Assembly: GCA_934613415.1 (NCBI GenBank)
Contig: CAKTSY010000002.1
Location: forward strand, 60,001-92,000
Origin: an uncultured Opitutales bacterium
Lineage (GTDB): Bacteria; Verrucomicrobiota; Verrucomicrobiia; Opitutales; Intestinicryptomonadaceae
Direction of reading: 5' to 3'
Length of the DNA: 32,000 nucleotides
A program made the position numbers and the translations under genes. The first letter of the stretch is position 1, and every line of letters starts with the position of its first letter. Shown here in pieces: positions 8,701 to 14,138 of the stretch. Under the pieces are notes generated by a model. The model was not told where the DNA came from. It saw only the letters and a list, made by a program, of their open reading frames with translations, and searched no databases.

Positions 8701-9798
8701 AATCAGGATACAGATATGAAATTTGATGCTATTGTAGGAAATCCACCATACACCGAAATTACGGCTAAAAAAGACACAAATAATGGTCAAAAGCGACAAA
8801 AGAATATATTTCAATATTTTCAGCAAATTGCTGATGCTTTAGGTTCAAATACATCTCTTATATACCCTGGAGCAAGATGGATTCATCGTTCCGGAAAAAA
8901 CATGGAGGATTTTGGAAAAACACAGATAAACGATGGACACTTAGATCTTCTAATTTACTATCCAGATTGGACAGAATTATTTCCTACAGCGCAAATTGGC
9001 GATGGTATTTCCATTGTATTAAAGTTAAGAAATAAAAAGGACTTTGGTTTCACATATGTATATAGACTAAAAAGCGAAGAACACTCTGTGTTTATTAAAG
9101 AAAAACCAGGTAGCAACCTTATTCCATTAAATCCCGTTAACAGCTACATTATAGAAAAGATAAAGCAAACTATGCTTAACTATTCTCTGCCTCCTCTTGC
9201 TGTTTCCGTACTTTCACAAAAACTCTTTGGCATAGAAAGTTCATTTGTTGAACTAAATCCTAAAAAAGTTCGACCATATAACAAAGGCGATAATTTTGAT
9301 ACACAAAATGAAATAAAGCTATTTACAAACAATAAAGCTGGCAAAGCAGGGCGAGCACAGTGGTATATTGCTAAAAGAAATATAATTCACAAGGAAGCGC
9401 AAAAGTATATTGATCGTTGGAAAGTAGTAGTATCAAGTGCTAACGCAGGAGGACAAAAACGTAGTAATCAAATTGCAATAATGGATAATCATACAGCATT
9501 TGGGCGTTCACGTGTAGCTCTCAAAGATTTTGCAACAAAGGAAGAAGCTCGGAACTTCTTCAAATATGCACAAAGTACATTTATTCGTTTTGCTTTTTTG
9601 TTAACAGATGAGTCTCTTACTTCTTTAGCAAAATGGGTTCCTGATTTAAAGAATTATAAAAATAACAATGGGTTGATTGATTTTTTTGCAGATGTAAATA
9701 CAGAAGTGTACAAATTGTTCAATATAAGTGAAAAATATCAAAAGTATATAAATGATTATATTGCTAAAATAGATTTAGCGCGAGGGAAACAAATATAA
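5722..9798 (+). CDS. Single-polypeptide GIY-YIG/T5orf172-like nuclease + SF2 DEAH helicase + gamma-class N6-adenine DNA methyltransferase/TRD fusion (Type ISP-like restriction-modification architecture)
   Basis: N-terminal module: GYKLIYIF...CLKVGDT...ARINE...REWF (about 5758-6096). Helicase motifs: Walker A AKMRFGKT (6262-6285), DEAH (6598-6609), LSGTP (6691-6702), and a helicase C-lobe with GRLTTGVSV...QTIFRVQTP (about 7290-7407). A K/E-rich linker sits at about 7800-7920. MTase motifs: motif X-like VLTPWRVV, motif I-like FLEINSKTGLYPLYV (8392-8436) and FDAIVGNPPY (NPPY at 8740-8751). A roughly 350-aa C-terminal region follows. Confidence 0.85.
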   Translation: MQSGKNRYKNPFGYKLIYIFRINDDAHENCLKVGDTTVMYEGSPAELTPNCSKLNSAANARINECTRTAGIHYDLLYTELAYFQKSDGKFKAFRDYTVHKVLLNSGIKKKEIQNAREWFIADLETVKNAIKAVKDGRKSLTGAEISTDKNPIVFRPSQVEAIEKTAKYFKGKAHKQFLWNAKMRFGKTLAAYEVVRQLGYGKTLIYTHRPVVLKGWREDFYKIFTDENSPWIFGNKPNQTINSGTELKDLLASGKKFVYFASLQDLRGSKSVGGNFDKNDEVFKTDWDLVIVDEAHEGTQTGLGEEVLAQIFTKENKTKLLQLSGTPFNLITKYTADETYTWDYTNEQEAKAMWDKLYGGDSNPYADLPSMQIYTFDLAKQFNNFVDSQKAFNFREFFKVWSGDIMRDGKPVPQDSAIGRFVYEKEVEKFLNLISRADKSSNFPFSKEEFRGYFRHTLWMLPGVASAKAMSEMLQKHPIFGKFNIANVAGDGDEEEESKEALKKVENAIGDDPDDSYSITLSCGRLTTGVSVKEWTAVMMLSGSYSTAASQYLQTIFRVQTPAEINGKTKETCYVFDFAPDRTLKMMADAVNLSTKAGRSEEGSKKAMGKLLNFCPIIAVDGTNMREYNVEEMLVQLKKAYIEKVCVNGFDDSHLYNFNLPELSEMDREMLAHLNNIAKASGQSKKPQDLIVNKQGFDEEEHEKKESNPSKSSREKTAEDLEKEKKKKERANLISNLRAISIRIPLLVYGANIPFEQDITVDNITGIVDDISWEEFMPKGFSKEDFKYFKKFYDTEVFIGAGKRIRQRIKDAESLPVMERVKEIAEIFAMFRNPDKETVLTPWRVVNMHMSDCLGGYDFWNENHTETLDTPRVVDHGKITAETFWNRDAKFLEINSKTGLYPLYVAYSLFCALRQSNKRKTDSELWEKVLRDNVYVICKTPMAEYITKRTLAGYKDIKVNAKYIDNLVNKAQDEKTRKNLVKLIQNGKTFWNINQDTDMKFDAIVGNPPYTEITAKKDTNNGQKRQKNIFQYFQQIADALGSNTSLIYPGARWIHRSGKNMEDFGKTQINDGHLDLLIYYPDWTELFPTAQIGDGISIVLKLRNKKDFGFTYVYRLKSEEHSVFIKEKPGSNLIPLNPVNSYIIEKIKQTMLNYSLPPLAVSVLSQKLFGIESSFVELNPKKVRPYNKGDNFDTQNEIKLFTNNKAGKAGRAQWYIAKRNIIHKEAQKYIDRWKVVVSSANAGGQKRSNQIAIMDNHTAFGRSRVALKDFATKEEARNFFKYAQSTFIRFAFLLTDESLTSLAKWVPDLKNYKNNNGLIDFFADVNTEVYKLFNISEKYQKYINDYIAKIDLARGKQI

Positions 9799-9850
9799 CA
9801 AAAGAAGGAATCGACTTCATCGAGTCAATGATTAAATCAATGGAATAAAA

Positions 9851-10354
9851 ATGGAGGAAGTTAAAAACTACTTTTATAATTATCTTTTAAGGCCGATTTC
9901 TGAACTTGTTTTGAATCAAAGAATATACAAAGACTTTCAGAAAAATTGTATTTTAAAGGGTTATAAAGAGGATTACTTTACAGACTTTGTCGATATAAAC
10001 TACTACAAGGCAACAATTACAGACCTATGCAGACTTCTAGACTATCCCAGACGAGAAGATGATAGGAATTTTGTAGGATTTATAAAGTTATTTAAAGAAG
10101 AAGAAGCCAATATTATAAAAAGTAGAAGTAATATACCTGTATTTTGCTTAAGCTCAAAGAGCACAAAATATGTAGATATATCTGATAAAATAGAGCCAGA
10201 TTTTAACAAAGTAGAACACGATAGAAAAATAAAAGAATTAGAGGAAAAATTTAAGATTTTTCAAGAGTATCGGAACAAAGTAAATTGTCACCAAACTTCT
10301 ACAGAAAAAAACCGCCAACTATGGAAGATATTGATGCGACTATTTCGCTTTTAG
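9851..10354 (+). CDS. Small hypothetical protein with a HEPN-like R-x5-H motif; apparently truncated by a frameshift at an A7 tract
   Basis: 167-aa ORF in the lowest-G+C part of the window. It contains YRNKVNCH near the C-terminus. The coding-looking sequence continues in another frame to TAA at 10459-10461 (see findings). Confidence 0.6.
   Translation: MEEVKNYFYNYLLRPISELVLNQRIYKDFQKNCILKGYKEDYFTDFVDINYYKATITDLCRLLDYPRREDDRNFVGFIKLFKEEEANIIKSRSNIPVFCLSSKSTKYVDISDKIEPDFNKVEHDRKIKELEEKFKIFQEYRNKVNCHQTSTEKNRQLWKILMRLFRF
10305..10311 (+). repeat. A7 homopolymer at the frame break of the HEPN-like ORF
   Basis: acagAAAAAAAccgcc, read directly from the sequence. One extra A would fuse 9851-10354 to the open frame that ends at 10461. 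Confidence 0.9.
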
Positions 10355-10496
10355 AAGATTTACTGTTAATATATGCGAAACTATTCGGTATATGTTTATG
10401 CTCCATAATTCCAAAACCTATTTACCGAAATCCACCATTACTGGATATACCCGTAGATTAAAATCTAATGGCATTGGACTATCCATATTATAGAGT

Positions 10497-10524
10497 ATAA
10501 AAAAGCCCTCATTATCGAGGGCTT
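10497..10524 (-). terminator. Rho-independent terminator for the minus-strand ORF ending at 10529
   Basis: Stem aagccctc (10503-10510) pairs with gagggctt (10517-10524). The A-run on the plus strand at 10497-10504 gives a U-run after the hairpin on the minus-strand transcript. Confidence 0.65.
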
Positions 10525-10528
10525 AGAA

Positions 10529-11032
10529 TCAGAAGAACATTCTTAGTAAAATCGCGACCAGAATGCCTATCTGCCAGACGGCTATGCGTTTGAAGGTGTC
10601 GTTATCGGCACTCAGTCGAAAGACGTTTTTCTGGATTTCGTCTTCGGCAGTCGAAGTGTCGGGCAGCTCCGAATCGAAACGCAGGACAATCTGCGAAAGC
10701 TCCAAGCCCGACGGGAAGCCCTCCGCGTAAAGATACGTCGTGCTCGAAAACGACGAAACCGCGATGTGCTTCGTATAACTTCCGTTTCCCTCGAACGGTA
10801 GCGACCACCCGTAAAACGCCAAATCCCTGCTCGACGCGCCGTAGTTTTTCCAAAATCCCGAATTCCCCGCGCCGTAGAAAAATCCCTCGAAGCCCTGCAA
10901 ACACGAACAGGTAATAGAATGCAGATAAACCGCGTCGGTCGATTCCTCTTCGAGCTTGAAATATGCGCTTGTTCCCTTGTACAAATAGAGCTTGAATGCG
11001 CCCGACCATTTGAGTGTGAGCGTCATTTCCAC
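10529..11032 (-). CDS. Hypothetical protein with a C-terminal TM anchor; may be the distal part of a broken larger gene
   Basis: 167-aa ORF (GTG at 11032, ATG at 11026) ending in the hydrophobic tail RIAVWQIGILVAILLRMFF, followed by a terminator. It is in the same frame as the upstream ORF, separated from it by a single TGA. Confidence 0.45.
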   Translation of the reverse strand: MEMTLTLKWSGAFKLYLYKGTSAYFKLEEESTDAVYLHSITCSCLQGFEGFFYGAGNSGFWKNYGASSRDLAFYGWSLPFEGNGSYTKHIAVSSFSSTTYLYAEGFPSGLELSQIVLRFDSELPDTSTAEDEIQKNVFRLSADNDTFKRIAVWQIGILVAILLRMFF

Positions 11033-11038
11033 GGTCTG

Positions 11039-11993
11039 TCATTCGTCTTTTGGCAGAATCACGCCCGACTTGTCGATGTTCTCGGTCTTTGAAACTATCG
11101 TCCCCGCACTTGCGGACGCAATGCTGCCAAGCCTTAGCTGGACTTTCGTGACGTTCGGGTTCGTCGTCGGCAGGTAAATCGAGAACCTGATTTTGTGCAG
11201 CATTCCGTTGCCGCTTAAGTACTTTGAGGGAAGTTCGTATTCGTGCGAAGTGTTGTAGGTATCGGGCACGAGCGAAATTTTCAGGACATTCTTTTTGCCG
11301 CCGATTTCCGTGCCGCCTACGCCTTTCGAGTGCGGGCTGTTTAAAAGAAAAAGTATGGGACATTTGAAAAATACCTCTCATAAGGAGAAAACGCCTTGCC
11401 AAGCAAAGACGCCTGAGTGCGGAGTTTGCCGTTCATAAGGTGCGTGTTGAATGCGTCGAAACCCCAGAAGTATTCAAAGGCCTCTTGGTCGATGTCGATC
11501 CAGACGGTTTCGCCACGCTTTCTGATGTCGTAGGTGTCGTTTAGCAATTTCTCCCATTTCGCAATCGCCGACTCGTCGAGCGGTATAATCTCCTTGGAGT
11601 TTGGGACGGTTTTGGGCGCGCCTTTGCAGTAGAGGAATCTTCCAAGAAAGACGCTGCCGATAAAGCTGCCTTTGTTTTTTGAAACGATATTGTCGATTAT
11701 GTCGTTTCAAAAAACAAAGGCAGGGAAATGCAGGGATTGGGCACGTTAAATACGCCGTTTACAATTCGGTTGTGCTTTATAGGCTCGCCGCACCAGCCGC
11801 TGTTTAGCGTTTCGGTGTCGTCGCCCTGCTTGCGGTAGTTGCCCGCCACAATGTAGATGCTGTCCCGCGCCTCCTCGCATACGGAGAAAATTTCTCCGCC
11901 GCTTTCCTCCATCGCCTTTATCATGGCTTCCGATGTCGCGTTTTTTACGATGAAATCCGGATTTTTTGAAAACTTTGGGGCTATTTGGATTTT
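11039..11993 (-). pseudogene. String of broken minus-strand ORF fragments (unknown family)
   Basis: Three open segments: 11039-11378, 11341-11706 and 11697-11993. They are separated by a frame change near 11341-11378 and by a stop within the inverted repeat at 11666-11723. Most lack an ATG start. Confidence 0.35.
11666..11723. repeat. Perfect 22-bp inverted repeat with a 14-nt spacer
   Basis: ctgcctttgttttttgaaacga (11666-11687) is the exact reverse complement of tcgtttcaaaaaacaaaggcag (11702-11723). Confidence 0.95.
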
Positions 11994-12079
11994 TTATAGC
12001 TAAATAAATCAGATTCCTTGCTCAAGTCTATTAGCGGAAGTTTTTCGCAACAACCGGTCGTTATTGTCGGCAGCGCCTG

Positions 12080-12618
12080 TTATGGTGACATGCCCTTAAC
12101 ATTGGAAAGGTCTTGAGCATTCAGGCCCTTTCTGAAGAAGGCATCATCTTTACTGGTTGCTGTGGTTCCAAGTTGTCTCAATGCTTTCCACGAAGCACTG
12201 TTTCTACCGTCAACATAGGTGTTGCCACAGCCAAGCCCATACCAGAGAACTATCCCTAAGGTATACTTTTTTTAATTGGGAACCTCAATAACAGGATCGG
12301 GTAATTTCCCCGTGAATTTTGAGGAGTCCAGCGGGGAGTTCCTATCAATATAACTCTCTAAATTAAAATGTTTGGTCGCGGATAATGACGAAACATCGAT
12401 TGAATATTTCCAATTTAAGGTTTTCGACTCGGAGTCATACGAGAACATATCAGGACGGTTAACCTTGCAATAATCTAGACCAGTATAAATAAAATATACT
12501 TCCCAGCGGTTTTATCATGTGCAACAGAGATGCCTCTAGCGTTTGTTGAACCAAGCAGAGAAAGATAAATACCAAGAATCTCCTCTATCGGCTCGGTTGC
12601 CGTTTTGGTAGCGGGCAT
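12080..12618 (-). pseudogene. Decayed ORF of unknown family (one frame change and one in-frame TAA)
   Basis: On the minus strand, MPATKTATEPIEEILGIYLSLLG... runs to a stop at 12475-12477 and continues in another frame as YTGLDYCKVNRPDMFSYDSESKTLNWKYS...PVIEVPN. After an in-frame TAA (12272-12274) it reads KKYTLGIVLWYGLGCGNTYVDGRNSASWKALRQLG... to a stop at 12080-12082. Confidence 0.3.
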
Positions 12619-12686
12619 AATAACGGTTTTTGCGGCTTTGGTTTTTGCAAAGCTATATTGATTTTTGTCGCCGATATTTTTCAAAA

Positions 12687-12721
12687 AACCGCGCTTGAAT
12701 TTAAGTAAGTGCGGTTTTTTT
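12687..12721. terminator. Hairpin terminator downstream of the VOC gene (bidirectional appearance)
   Basis: aaccgcgctt (12687-12696) pairs with aagtgcggtt (12707-12716) with one mismatch. It is flanked by an A-run on the left and a T-run on the right, and starts 10 nt past the stop of 12726-13040(-). Confidence 0.6.
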
Positions 12722-12725
12722 GCTC

Positions 12726-13040
12726 TTACTTCTTTTCGATTAGCTCTACGGGAATGCCCTCTTCTACAATATAGGCAAAGCGCGCGTTTTCGCCCAATGG
12801 GTGCGGGGGCACCAAAATGTTTGCGGTTTTCAGCTCTTCGTCGAGATTGTCTACCGTATATGCAATATGCGGGCAATCCTGCATAAGCTTGGGCATTGTG
12901 CAGTCGAAATCGAACTTAAGCCATTCTATTGAATTTTTGCTTTTCGATATGTCGCTAACTGCAAGTTTAAGAGCCGGAATATATGTCATATATTCCTTGT
13001 TTTCGTTCGTCGGGAAACCGAAGTGGTTGAATGTTCTCAT
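12726..13040 (-). CDS. VOC (glyoxalase/bleomycin-resistance fold) family protein
   Basis: 104-aa ORF with an HIAYTVDNLDEEL-type motif and a size typical of single-domain VOC proteins. Confidence 0.65.
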   Translation of the reverse strand: MRTFNHFGFPTNENKEYMTYIPALKLAVSDISKSKNSIEWLKFDFDCTMPKLMQDCPHIAYTVDNLDEELKTANILVPPHPLGENARFAYIVEEGIPVELIEKK

Positions 13041-13059
13041 AATATTTTTTTGTTGTAAG

Positions 13060-14076
13060 TTAAAATGCGTATACGGTTGTCGCCGAATATACTTGATCTG
13101 GATATAGCTCTATTGTTGGGAAGTGCCCAAAGTTTGCGGCGTCGGGCAGCTTTTGCGTTTCAAAGCAAATTGCCGCGTATTTGTTGTAGGGCTTGCCGAA
13201 TTTGCCTAAAATAGAACCGTCTAAAAAGTTGCTTGTGTATACCTGAAGCCCCGGCTGGTCGGTATATACGTCCATAATTCTGCCGCTTATGGGGTCGCGC
13301 AACGAGGCGGCCTTTACCAGCGCGCCGTTTGCGTTCGGCAAAACGTAGTTGTGGTCTAGCCCGCCGTTTGAAATTTCAAAAAATTCCCCGTTTTCGAGAA
13401 TGGCGGGGCCCAAAACTTTTGGCTTCGAAAAATCCAAAGGCGTATTTTTTACACTAAGAATTTCGCCGGTGGGGCGGAATTTTTTGTCTAGAGGGGTGTA
13501 AAAGTCGGCACTTACCTGCATTTCGTGCTCTAAAATTGTGGGGCTTTTGCCCGCCGAAAGGTTAAAATAGCTATGGTTTGTAAGGCTACAAAGCGTGGGC
13601 GCATCGGTAAAGGCGGTATATTCGATTACCAACTGGCGTTCGTCGGTAAGCTTGTAGTTTACGGTAACGTTTAAGTTGCCGGGGAAGCCCTCTTGCCCGT
13701 CTTTAGCCAAATAGTTTAAAGAAACACCCTTAAAGGAATGCCCCGAAATTTTTTCGATGCTCCAGTTTTGCTTGTCGAAGCCCTTTGCGCCGCCGTGCAG
13801 GCAGTTTGAAAACGACTTTTCGTTTTTTGTAAGCTTAATGGATTCTCCGTTAAGGGTCGCCTTTGCGTCTGCAATGCGGCTAGCCGTCCTGCCTATAATG
13901 GCTCCCATATAGGCGCAGTTTTTAAAGTAGTCTTGCGTCGAATTGTTCCACAAAACAATGTCGCCGCTTTTGCCGTTTTTGTCGGGCGTGTAAAGGTTTG
14001 TAATTATGCCTCCAAGCGACAGAACTTTCATTTTTAGTTCGCCGTTTTTTATTTCTACAGATGTGTATTCGCTCAT
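13060..14076 (-). CDS. galM: Aldose 1-epimerase (galactose mutarotase)
   Basis: 338 aa with the characteristic motifs HGGAKGFDKQNW, TNHSYFNL, GLDHNYVL and ICFETQKLPDA. Confidence 0.9.
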   Translation of the reverse strand: MSEYTSVEIKNGELKMKVLSLGGIITNLYTPDKNGKSGDIVLWNNSTQDYFKNCAYMGAIIGRTASRIADAKATLNGESIKLTKNEKSFSNCLHGGAKGFDKQNWSIEKISGHSFKGVSLNYLAKDGQEGFPGNLNVTVNYKLTDERQLVIEYTAFTDAPTLCSLTNHSYFNLSAGKSPTILEHEMQVSADFYTPLDKKFRPTGEILSVKNTPLDFSKPKVLGPAILENGEFFEISNGGLDHNYVLPNANGALVKAASLRDPISGRIMDVYTDQPGLQVYTSNFLDGSILGKFGKPYNKYAAICFETQKLPDAANFGHFPTIELYPDQVYSATTVYAF

Positions 14077-14138
14077 AAGTCTTTTTTTCGATAAAATATT
14101 CGGGCAAAGAATTCTTCAAGTAAAAAGTAGGTTTTTCC

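Noticed and set aside
10640-10647. Possible att-type direct repeat of the tRNA-Thr 3-prime end (tcttcggc also at 3609-3616)
   Set aside because: It is only an 8-nt match inside a coding-looking region. A match that short is expected by chance in 32 kb, and I found no longer duplication of the tRNA 3-prime half by eye.
11039-11041. In-frame TGA between two same-frame ORFs as selenocysteine or programmed readthrough
   Set aside because: I see no SECIS-like hairpin immediately downstream. The surrounding region shows several other disruptions, so a nonsense mutation or two separate ORFs is simpler.
10602-11402. 266-aa Arg-rich ORF on the minus strand
   Set aside because: Its composition (RRRRHGNRRQ..., many Arg/Gly/Phe) looks like an off-frame reading of the more protein-like frame at 10529-11378. 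It has no start context or motifs.
12475-12876. 133-aa minus-strand ORF
   Set aside because: It runs through the hairpin terminator (12687-12721) and overlaps the VOC gene in another frame, and its N-terminal half is Arg-rich. Only its distal third might be a remnant; I treat that part under the decayed ORF at 12080-12618.
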